DNA from: Schizochytrium sp. TIO01
Lineage: Eukaryota > Protista > Bigyra: Labyrinthulomycetes
Reading direction: 5' to 3'
Assembly (NCBI GenBank): GCA_004764695.1
Contig: SMSO01000032.1
Location: 558,001 to 622,000 of the forward strand
Length of the DNA stretch: 64,000 nt
The notes under the pieces are model-generated. The model saw only the letters and a program-made list of their open reading frames with translations. It searched no databases and was not told the origin of the DNA. Positions 12,269 to 22,180 of this stretch are shown here, in pieces. The translations under genes and the position numbers were made by a program. Each line of letters opens with the position of its first letter. The first letter of the stretch is position 1.

Positions 12269-15047
12269 CGACGCTCCAAGTCTCGAATAAACCAAGTGAA
12301 CGTGAAAGCCCTCGAAGCCTGTATAACACACCGCAACGCAGTTGTGTACACAGTCTTGAATGATCGCGCTCTTTACCTTTGTCCCTTTTCCGCAACACCA
12401 ACCTATATATGGGCTCACAGAATCAATTGAACGGAAACATTGACGGTTTCACATAACTTAATAATATAAGCGTTGCAGTTACAAACGTTTTATTCTCGAG
12501 ATTAGATTGTCTTTTCTTGTTCAAATATAGCACGGACCCTGAAGGGGTTAACCTCTACTCGTTACCGCCATCGTGATCTGCGAATGCTACACCTCAACCC
12601 CTCGGAGACAGCCCCTGCTTCTGCTGCTTCTGCAGCTCACGTTCTTCCCCGAGTTGAAGACCAGGTCAGAAAAAGTACTGTCTTCTGCTGTTCTGACAAA
12701 CGCCAGCGTTTGTTATGCATTCATTACCAGGAACTTGAAGTAGCCGGCAGGAACTCTGCTGAGAACGATTGGACCATCGATTATAACGATGGATTGAATA
12801 TCTTCGATAGGCGGCTTACCTACCTCCCTGCCAAACTATTTATCTGCGGGCGTGTTCATTTGTTGTGAGTGAAGGGCGTTTCTTTCTCGAGAGACAAGAG
12901 AGACTCCCTGTCCATAGTAGACCTCATTGGGCCATCTTGCCCATAGAATAATGAGGACTCGGGAGGAATTGATATAATTAAAAGTTGATTTGGCATTGAT
13001 TGACTGCGCTTCTGGGGGCCTTTGGGATCTGCGGGAGGTCCAGAAGAAAGGCATTGTCCAAGGCTGAGGACTCGGAGGCACTGGCTTTGAATTGGATCAG
13101 GAATTGTGTTTCCAGGGAGGGATTTCGTCGCGAAACAACTAAGCATCGATCAACCCCGCTGCCACTTCTTTTGCAGCTTGCGAACCCGGCTATGCAAAAA
13201 GATATTCTGTAAAGTAGAAAAGGCTTATCTTGACTCCAACCAGAGCCCCTTGACAGAACGACGCACGTTTATGACCTGAAACATCATTTTGGTTTCAACT
13301 TTTTCTTCTAAAAGCTCATTCTAGCACTCGAAGGTGACCTCACAGAGGCATGTTCACCTGCATTTTTGGTTCACGGGTGGCGATTTCCAGTTCATCTAGC
13401 GCCTTCAAGTTGTCATCTTCAGCGCTCGGACCATACACATCTTGACAGCCGTACTAAAAAACACCTGCTATCATACCCTCAAACCTTTGCTCAGGAGCCT
13501 GCAGATCATCATGGACGACTTCAATCTCTACTCCCGCCCATCGATCAATCAGTTGCCTCCATGAAGAATCCATGCAAATTGCAATGTCCATTCTATCATT
13601 CTCGCACCCCACAAAGTAAAACGATGATCTCTGTCACTTCGTTACCTTCGATAATCCATCCATCAAACGGCCACGAGGCCGAATGCGGAATCACCAAAGT
13701 GCTCGCATCGGGGGCGCGTGCTGAGTTCCTGTGCACGACCATTATGCCCATCTGCCTCCGATCTCGCAACCCGAGGGATGTCTTGTGCTCTGCCCATTCA
13801 ATTTGATCAACGGACCAATCGATTGATCGATCGCTTGAATGAATGAATGCATGAATGAATGAATGTACACAGCGACCAGGTTTCTAAGTCAGCTACTATT
13901 TGGCAAGCCAAACTTTGCTTGCTTCGGAGGAGTCACCAATGTAATTAATTCCTGCCTCCACTGCCGGCTTTCCTGGCAGACCAGGTCAACGCCTCGAGCT
14001 ATGACCTTCTCCAAGCCTTGCGGCATCACCTGCAGACCCTCTTCAAAACAGCTTTGAGCACGGGATCAACTCAGGAAACGGCGCCCATGTTTGAGGGCGA
14101 ATTTCCTTCATTCACAGGAGACAGTTTTCGACCTCTATCACTCTAATCACTTTTGCTCTGCGGAACCCTTTCCTTTCATACATTCCCTGCGTTCCCCCCT
14201 ATTGTTCCCCAGGGCTTCGTCATCACTTGACTCCTAACATACACCCAGTTTGGGCCCTCTCCATGGCGAACGCCGACTGGACTTCGTTCGTCTGGGGTGT
14301 ACTGAAGGATAAATATAATACGGCGCGCGCTGAACTTGGTTTCGAATCTTCCAGCTGCGTAAAGTACCCCTTTTGGCTGAGGCACGTTGCGCGGTAAAAG
14401 AGGAGGAGGGGTGTAGAGGGGGATTTTAGCAGAAGCCAGTGGCGCGAGCAATCGAAGTTGTGCGAAAACTTTTGATGCAAGTATAGTATGGGCGGCACGG
14501 GGCAGATTCTGGCGTTGAACCGTCGCAGCAATAAAGAAAGCTCTGCTCGAAATTGGCAGGGCTGGTTGCCCGCTAGAAAAGCACCCTCTGCCAGATCACC
14601 AGCTCGTGTGGAGGGCTCTCCGGAGGTTTCGAGGCCCCATTTGAAGAGAGGGAGACTTGGTGGGTCCTTTTGCTCGCGCATGAGATCTTGAAAAAAGGCA
14701 CTTTTAAAAAGAAATAAAAATAAAAGATCTCTCGGATGATGAAACTAAAGAAAGTCTTTTACAAATGGAAAAGAGAGAAAGGGAAGGAGAGAAAGAGCAC
14801 TTGCAAAAACGCAACATCAAAATTACAGCGACGACATCGCCATATACCAAAATCGGAAGGACAACTTTCTGCGAGTTGGCAGAACCTCCAGCAAACCCGA
14901 AACACTCTGCAGCGAAGGACTGCTGCCTTCGTGCAAGAGAGTCGAGAGCTCCTCTGTGCAGTGCAGAAGTGAGTCAGCAAGAAGTTTAGCGAGCAGGGAA
15001 ACTCGCCTTCAAGGTTCTCAGGGTGGAGTTTTAGAAATACAAGCAAG

Positions 15048-15836
15048 ATGTGCAAACCAACGCAACCGCCTCGCGATTGTGCGACAACCTCCATAGCTGT
15101 AACACAGCAGCAAGCCAGCAAGGCAACCTCGTTTGAGTTTCCTCGCGTCTTTTTGATCTGGTGTATGATCAAGACAAGCATTCAGCTGTCCTTGACGCTT
15201 CTTAGTATTACGTTTATCGTGCAGAGCGGATACTTTGTGCCTTATGGTTACGATGCCACGGTATGGTCCCGCGAGGATCTTGCCGCTCTGTGTGTGCCAC
15301 AGGCAATCTTTGAGATTGTAGACCTCTTTTTTGAGACCTGGATGACAGTCTGTGTACAGAAGAAGGCAGATCACATGCCTTGGGATTCTATTTTCCATCA
15401 TGGTATCACAGCAGGTTACTACCTTTACGTGTACTTTGCTGCAGACTCCCTGACCTGGAGCTTTCTTGGCCTCCCTGTGGCTGGCCTTTCATGCCAATTG
15501 ATTGGATTTCTGTACACTTTGCATCGTTTGAAGTACCACTACATGTGGGTAAGCTTTGGCTTGCTCACCGTCCAGCTCATGTGGCGTACCCCGCTTGCCA
15601 TTGTGTCTTGTCTGCGTGCATTGCAGCACTTCTATCAGTGCCCAATCATTCACTTCTTTATCTGCGCTGCCCTGCTTACTCTTGATTTGCGCTGGACCCG
15701 CTGGTCCTTCAAGACGCACAACAGAATGCTGAAGCAACGCCGTGTTCGTAAGGAGGAAATGCGCAAATTGTGTGCTCAACCTATCGCAGAGAGCCGTGGA
15801 ACCACGATCGAGTTTGCTCCACTTAGCACTTTGTAA
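15048..15836 (+). CDS. Multi-pass membrane protein, probably TLC (TRAM/LAG1/CLN8) domain family
   Basis: 262-aa ORF with about 6 hydrophobic segments, FEIVDL followed by DSIFHHGI (HH motif typical of TLC domains), a WR motif in a later helix, and a basic C-terminal tail. Confidence 0.65.
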   Translation: MCKPTQPPRDCATTSIAVTQQQASKATSFEFPRVFLIWCMIKTSIQLSLTLLSITFIVQSGYFVPYGYDATVWSREDLAALCVPQAIFEIVDLFFETWMTVCVQKKADHMPWDSIFHHGITAGYYLYVYFAADSLTWSFLGLPVAGLSCQLIGFLYTLHRLKYHYMWVSFGLLTVQLMWRTPLAIVSCLRALQHFYQCPIIHFFICAALLTLDLRWTRWSFKTHNRMLKQRRVRKEEMRKLCAQPIAESRGTTIEFAPLSTL

Positions 15837-16311
15837 TGCGGTCACATCTCTCTGCTATTGCTCCGAATGATTTGCACCATTCACTTTGGCGCCTGGTGAA
15901 ACGTTAAGGGCTGATACCCTTTATCAAAGTTGCAATTTGAGTTCTGATTGTGTGTATTGAGGAGGTTGTCGGCGTGCTCCTCTGTTGTTTACTTTGCGTT
16001 TTCTTCCTAAGCTTTTGCGGTGATTCTGTTCTCTAATCTCTCGTTCTTTGCTGCAATAGGTTTTCAAGGCGATGCAAAGGTCTTTACGTCCACTTTGCTA
16101 TTTTGTGTTTCTTTCTTGCTTCCAAATGGACAGTACTATATTGCTTGTCCTCGGAGCAAAAACTGATCTAAGCTAATAAATAAAAACAAAAAAAATCAAT
16201 GATTTTCCCTTCTTATTATCAGTGTCAATATTGGCAGGTCCCTTCCGAGATGGACAAATGGAATTTCTATATGAGCTCAATGTTTATGCAATTCTAACTA
16301 AAGTTGTACGC

Positions 16312-17496
16312 TCAAAATGGAACAAGGATTTGAAAGAGAGACTTCCAACGTTTCCCTGTTACAAAGAGTCTACTTTTTCCATCTTCTGTGAGGATACCTG
16401 GCTCGTAAGCAATACCGTTCATGACTTCTGGGTCCCCAGATGGGTCGCCGTGAGAATGCAGTACCCCTCGCAAGTCAACCCAGTCCCTGACTTCACCAGT
16501 TCGAGTGTCTATGCGCACGAGCTGCTCCTGGTAGTATACATTAGCAATAATTTCATATCGTGACACAAACTCAATTTCATTCAAAAGTCGTACAGGACGA
16601 TCTCCTTCAAATACGCGAAGTCGCGATATTTCTTGCAACGTTTCGATATCCCAAAAGTGCAACCATTCTGATCCATCGGTTACTACGAGTATGGTTCCAT
16701 TGCTTGCGATACCCCAGCCTTGCCCAGTGTGTGTATTGAATGAGTATGTATTCTTTAGTTTGAACGTTTCGAGATCAAAGCGTAGGAGCTTTTTCTCGCG
16801 CCATGTTAATAAAAGAATATCATTCTCCACGCGTTCAATACCCTCTGCAAACAGGGATTTTTCAATCCAAGCTTCCTGAATGGTCGCCCCAGTTTCCAGG
16901 TCCACTTGACGTAACCGAGAGCGGCCATAGTGGCCACAGCTTTCGTACAAGAATTTATTGTGGTAGAACAGGCCTTGAGTATAACACGTTGCGTCGTGGT
17001 TATTGTATACCCGTTCGACCTGTGAGATTGGTGGTTATCATGAGAAACAACTAATGCATCAGCCCCCAGCTCAAGCTTACTCCATACATATCTGTAAACT
17101 TCTAAACGTACAATTGGTCTTTCAATTAAATCAGTTCTTAATTTTGAGAAGAGAAATATTAGTTCGGTAAGGTCAGTGTATCCTGTGTTTTGCAATATCT
17201 CTCAGTGATTTTCGGCTTTGTAAAACATACTTTGCTTTCATGCCATGCTTTGTGTCGTCTTCGAGCCACGTCCTGTCTCCAAATCTGGCCCATTGATTTG
17301 ATTTTGGTTCTGTGGCTATTGACCACTGTTGCACTGCAACAAGAAAGGCGACAATCAGCACCGCGATAGCGACCTTGAAGGCCTTTGGCTTTGGCCCTTC
17401 TTGAGTTCCTGCGGATTCCATTTTATGAGCAGACGCTCGGGCTTGCGCCGCTTTGGCCGCACGCACTGCAGTGCCTTTTCCTCGTGTAGTGGTCAT
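16312..17496 (-). CDS. Glutaminyl-peptide cyclotransferase (plant/bacterial beta-propeller type) with N-terminal signal anchor; 3 exons, approx. 17496-17231, 17136-17100, 17019-16312
   Basis: Family motifs HD..CYTQGL, LYESCGHYG.S, FAEGI, LTWRE, GQGWGI, TDGS, LNEIEF, ANVY, VMNGIAY, VTGKRW. The frame extends upstream of the listed ORF to an acceptor cacag|GTC at 17019. Exon 1 (MTTTRGKG...VAIAVLIVAFLVAV) ends at donor AA|gtatgt at 17231. Branch-like ctaat plus ttaag| defines a micro-exon starting at 17136; its donor is ambiguous (gtacgt, gtttac and gtatgg all keep the frame). Confidence 0.88.
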
Positions 17497-17919
17497 CGGG
17501 ATCAGGTCGTGTTCAACGTTTAAGGATTGTGCTCTGGACAAGGTAAACCAGCTTCAAGTGAATAAGTGGAAAAAAAAAAAAAAAAAAGGTACTGTGATTT
17601 TTTTTGTTCTTTGAACTGAGAACAACTCCTTTTCCTTGTTCTTTTTTCTCTTTTGCAAGGCAGAGTAACACTGCTTTCTTCTTGTAGATACCGAAGAGCC
17701 GTCAAGTTGGACGACATCACTTTTGCTGTATCAACAACTGGTGAACCATTCAAGTGCGAGCAGCGTATTAAAAATATAGATGTTTTTCATGTATGTTTTT
17801 CTAAAAATAAAAAACAAGCAAGCAAAAGAGTTGTGAGAGTTATCTTGTGTATGCGTGTGTTCGTAATGTTGGCTTTTGTAACAGCAGCAGCACAGTATTT
17901 ATTACTTAATTCATCCTGA

Positions 17920-19872
17920 TCATGCAAAAGAGAAAAGAGGGTGACGCGAAGACACGTAGCTCGAGAATTTGCAAGGCGAGTAAATCTCACCATAGTGCTC
18001 GGCTTCGAGCTCGTTGTAGACCATGTGCCAGTTGTTAAACCGGTAGCGGTTCTTGACACCAAAGTTATCCGGAAGGAGCTCCGGCTCAACCTGAATGAGG
18101 TGGACTAGCTCGAACATATCCTCCCAGATCTGCGGGGTGAGGTCAACACCAGGGTAGTCCGAGATTTGCGGGTTACCGTTCGCCTCAAGCAAATGCATGC
18201 CACCATCGGCATCAAGCATCCAGTCTAGGGCAAACATCTGGAAGCGGCCGTTGCGGTGTGTAAACTTCTCCCGAGCGGCCTGGAACAGAAAGTTGGTTGT
18301 GCGCATAGCGTGCGGACGGAAGACCTTCTCCATGTAGTCCGCAGGGAAGCCCGATTCCTTGGTGAGCTGCTCCTGCAACTGCCTAAAGCTGAAGAAGTGG
18401 TTTTCGAGACTCTGTGACCTTGAGTTAGTAATGTGCTTCTTGGCGTCGCTGAGACCTGACGCTGAGGTATCATAGGGGTGCTCACTACGACGCACGAAAC
18501 CGTCGTGGTAAAAAACCACGAACGGGTTCATCGATGCAATAAGCATATAGCTTCGGAAGTCAAACTTGTAGCCCGCAAACAGAGCAGGCTTATCGAGGTA
18601 TCGCTGAACAATAACACCATCTAGGAGGATCTTATCACACGGGTAGACTGCGTTGACCTCCTGAACACCCTTGTAGAGCTTAATGCCAGAGCCATGGAAG
18701 CTACCACCGGGCTTGACAATCCAAATCTGATCAAGGTTCTCTGGTTTGCTAGCCTCGGCCGAGAATACACGGCAGTCGTCTGGGTATCGAATGTTCCACT
18801 GCGCCGGCTGCACGCCAAGACCTCTGTAGTCGCAGCCAAACTTCTTAGAGAACTCCTCCTTACAGGCAAGCTGCTTTCCCTTGCCTCCACCAATGCATGC
18901 GGACCCATATCCAACTTGATTCACAATTGAGGTCTTAACATTGTAGTACTTTGACACCGACTTGTACGAGATGATGAGCATCTCCGGGTGCGCAGGAATC
19001 GAGAGTCCTGGCAACTGCTTGTAGCCCTTCTTTTTCAGCGTCATGCAAAGGTACTTACAGGGTCCCTTGAAATACGCAAAGGAGCGCTTTACATCCGGGG
19101 TCAGTTGCGGCTTAGGTAGCAAATATCTTTGTGCGGAGAGCGCCAGACTTGCCACAGATCCTCCCCGGGGAGTGAGTTCATGTGTGCCTGTGAGGACCTC
19201 CACATTCGGCACAAAGTCTCCGAGGTTCATGGCATTATCTTCGATCTCTTCCTCTACAGCACGCTCACTTTCGTCGTCAGATTCCTCGCTGTCAGGAGGA
19301 ACGTAAGCGTCTTCTGCATCGTTGTCATCCGAGGTTTGGAAATCGTTGTTGTTATTCACAAACCCAAGGTCGGCCGCATCTTCGTCAAACGAGCTCTGCT
19401 TTGAGCTTGCGGAGGCTTTCCATGCCTCGAGCGAGGAAGACTCTGCTTCCTCTGGCTGTGGCATGAGTGAGAAGTACCGCGTAGAGGAAAGGTCCATGAT
19501 GAGCCTAACCATGGCCAATCCGGTGACTCCAAACATGAAGATGGCCAGCACCATGGGAACCCGGATTTCACGCATGAGGACGAAGGCTTTCGATACCCAA
19601 GATGCTGCAGAACCGTCACCACGCCCTTTTCCGCTGTCCTTACGGCGCGAGGACCTTGCCCTCGCAAAGGACCCGGAGCCCGAAGAGTTATAAAGCAGCT
19701 TTTTGGACGATGCTGACGAGCCTGACGGAATGCCGTTTCCAAGAGAGCTTGAGGGTCCTGAAGAAGCAGAGGCGCCAGAACTTCCTCTGTGGGGACTTCC
19801 CCGAGCAGACTCCTCGTCGCTGCCGGAACCTACCTCGTTCGACGGCAGCCACCGCGACTTTAGCGTGTTCAT
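17920..19872 (-). CDS. Tubulin-tyrosine-ligase-like (TTL/TTLL) ATP-grasp ligase with type II signal anchor
   Basis: TTL motifs WIVKP..S.HGSGI, IVQRYLDKP.L..GYKFDFRSY, GFVR, HITN, FQMFALDWMLD, LLEANGNP. One hydrophobic helix (VPMVLAIFMFGVTGLAMVRLIM, ~19497-19560) follows a Ser/Arg-rich N-tail and precedes an acidic stem. Confidence 0.88.
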   Translation of the reverse strand: MNTLKSRWLPSNEVGSGSDEESARGSPHRGSSGASASSGPSSSLGNGIPSGSSASSKKLLYNSSGSGSFARARSSRRKDSGKGRGDGSAASWVSKAFVLMREIRVPMVLAIFMFGVTGLAMVRLIMDLSSTRYFSLMPQPEEAESSSLEAWKASASSKQSSFDEDAADLGFVNNNNDFQTSDDNDAEDAYVPPDSEESDDESERAVEEEIEDNAMNLGDFVPNVEVLTGTHELTPRGGSVASLALSAQRYLLPKPQLTPDVKRSFAYFKGPCKYLCMTLKKKGYKQLPGLSIPAHPEMLIISYKSVSKYYNVKTSIVNQVGYGSACIGGGKGKQLACKEEFSKKFGCDYRGLGVQPAQWNIRYPDDCRVFSAEASKPENLDQIWIVKPGGSFHGSGIKLYKGVQEVNAVYPCDKILLDGVIVQRYLDKPALFAGYKFDFRSYMLIASMNPFVVFYHDGFVRRSEHPYDTSASGLSDAKKHITNSRSQSLENHFFSFRQLQEQLTKESGFPADYMEKVFRPHAMRTTNFLFQAAREKFTHRNGRFQMFALDWMLDADGGMHLLEANGNPQISDYPGVDLTPQIWEDMFELVHLIQVEPELLPDNFGVKNRYRFNNWHMVYNELEAEHYGEIYSPCKFSSYVSSRHPLFSFA

Positions 19873-21050
19873 TCCACCACGAAGAAGAGGAGGAGGAAGG
19901 ACCTCGGATGTGGATCACAGAGCCGACCTCGAAAGAGATCTGCCCAGCGACGGTTCCTGCTGCTCTGCCTCTAGAAGGCTCAGAGGCGGCTCAGAGCAGC
20001 GTTGCTGCTTCTGATGGTCTCTGGGAGCTAGCTGCTCGCAGGTTTGTTGCAGGATTGAACATCGTTGATGGTTCATTCATTCACTCATTTCATTTCAATA
20101 CATTTCAATGATTCACGTTAATTCATAGTCATTGTTCGATCTCTCATGAAGTAATTTTAATAAGTTAAAAGGAAAGTGAATTATTCTTATTTTATTCCTT
20201 CCTTCATCTCCATTTGCTTTTCGTCACCAAACTATTAAACATTGGATGAGAAGTCGTATTCAATCCTTCATTTTCGAGTCGCTCGTTCACCATTCTCAGC
20301 ATGACCTAGCTGCTGTCCTCCTTCACTCTAGGCCCATCGTCCTTTCTCTTTAGCATGCGCCACACATAACCCGTTTTCCCATACTTAGTCAACTTTTCCC
20401 TGCTAAAGCACGCTAATGGAGTCGAACTCCAGTCAACCCTCTAAACAAGCAAATATAGAATGAACAAGTGCACTATATCGATATCCTACTTTGGCCTTTC
20501 TTATACCCTAGTTTACCCCACTTATTCTCTACTTGTGCTGTTCCCTAACTATAGAGAATCGGCACTCTTCAAGTCGGCTACCTTTTCCCCTAGCCTCATT
20601 CTTACGTCCCAGAGACCTCTTGGTTAAACCTAATTATAATTCATCTTATTATCCAATTTCTCCAGTTATAAACCTTATGCAGCTTATAAAAACTTTATCA
20701 TGCATGGCCATTGAGCAGAGTCAATTTTTTCTTTTCTTTCCTTTTCTTTTCTATTTCTTTAGAATTTGTAGTAAACTATCATTGGTGATCGACTCGAAGG
20801 AGGTCACGCGCGGCCAAGAGCCAGGCCACCAAAACCAGAAACGCGCACCTCGCCAGCACCGGCATCTTTCCGCCTCTAACCACCACAGGTCATAAATCTC
20901 TCTAAGCTTGAAGCAAGAATTCAACGCTCAAGCTTGTACAGAACTCGAAGCGCCAGGAAGAACCTAAAGGACCTCACGCTCACCTTGCAGTGAACCAACT
21001 TTCAAGAAAGCTGTAGGTAGTGCTAATATCAAAGAGAGAACAAAAAAGAA

Positions 21051-21051
21051 A

Positions 21052-21138
<87 letters not shown>
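21051..21138. repeat. (AAAG)n microsatellite, about 22 units
   Basis: Direct reading. Confidence 0.97.
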
Positions 21139-21139
<1 letters not shown>

Positions 21140-22180
21140 CAGCCACGATACGTAATCAAAATGTGTTCAAAAGGGAAAAAACGGTGAAAGACACGGGAGC
21201 CGATTGCTCCCAAGAGGCAGTATGACACTTACATTCTGTCCCACTGGGTAGAATTCGACTTCTCTCGTTCTCTTTCTTATCTCTAATATTGTTTCTTTCT
21301 CAAAAACAAAAAACAAAAAATAAAAATTGAAATAAGGAGAGAGGTGTTCTGTTCCAATGTCGTCCCTAATTCATGAAGAACTGTGGGTGGAGTGCTCGTG
21401 AGAGAATTAATACCATTGGAGGACTAGGTAGTGGTTGCGGGTGATGACCCTCTTGTAAGGAGGCGAAGGAAAGCGACCCAGAGAAAGTTCTCAATGGTGA
21501 AGGGAATGGACAACATGCTGCGCGTTAAAAAGAAGTTGGATTGCTAGATTTTTTGAGGAATACATGATACCTTGTTGCTGAGTTGAGATTGGAGAGTAAC
21601 GTTTTGCTTTTTGCTTTGCTTTGTTTTGTTACTTTGTGGAAAGTGGTCAAGAAATCTCCCGTCCTTTGCTTGCAAATTACAAAAATAATGCACTTGATAC
21701 ATACCAAGTGCACGAGTGGTCCCCTCCCTGTAAATTGCCTTGACTCTGCGAAGAAGCGAAGAAGAGGTTGTTATGAAGAAAGAATTGATTAGAATGCTTT
21801 ATTAGTTGGAAATATGTGACTGTGTCTGAACAATGCAAAGCACAGAGATACTCACTACCTCCATGACAAAGCTGTGTTTGTTCTGTTCAATCAGACGACC
21901 ATTGATTGAAGAGAATAATTTCAAAATATTCATCACCACGTTAGATTTTTAATCGTAGAATATAAATCAAGTGCGCACTGCAGTCAAAAGAATATTGCTA
22001 AACGAGGCGTGTGGATGGGTCATACAAAGTTGAGCCGAGAAGTTTTTACTCTGCCGAAAGTACACCGAGCTAAGCGATACAATACTTCAGGTTCGCTCGA
22101 CTTTGATTTGGGTAGCAGCTCACGTTCAAATTGGCATGAGATCTGGCATGGCAATGTCTAACGGGACTACACTAGACATT

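Noticed and set aside
12269-12418. N-terminal extensions given by the ORF track from GTG/TTG starts (also 29592-29633, 44785-44886, 47747-47776, 56069-56086)
   Set aside because: In a eukaryotic nuclear gene the first in-frame ATG is the more plausible start.
20964-21228. ORFs with FFLS repeats (also FISFH ORFs at 37052-37317 and YIYI ORFs at 1305-1567)
   Set aside because: Translations of microsatellites.
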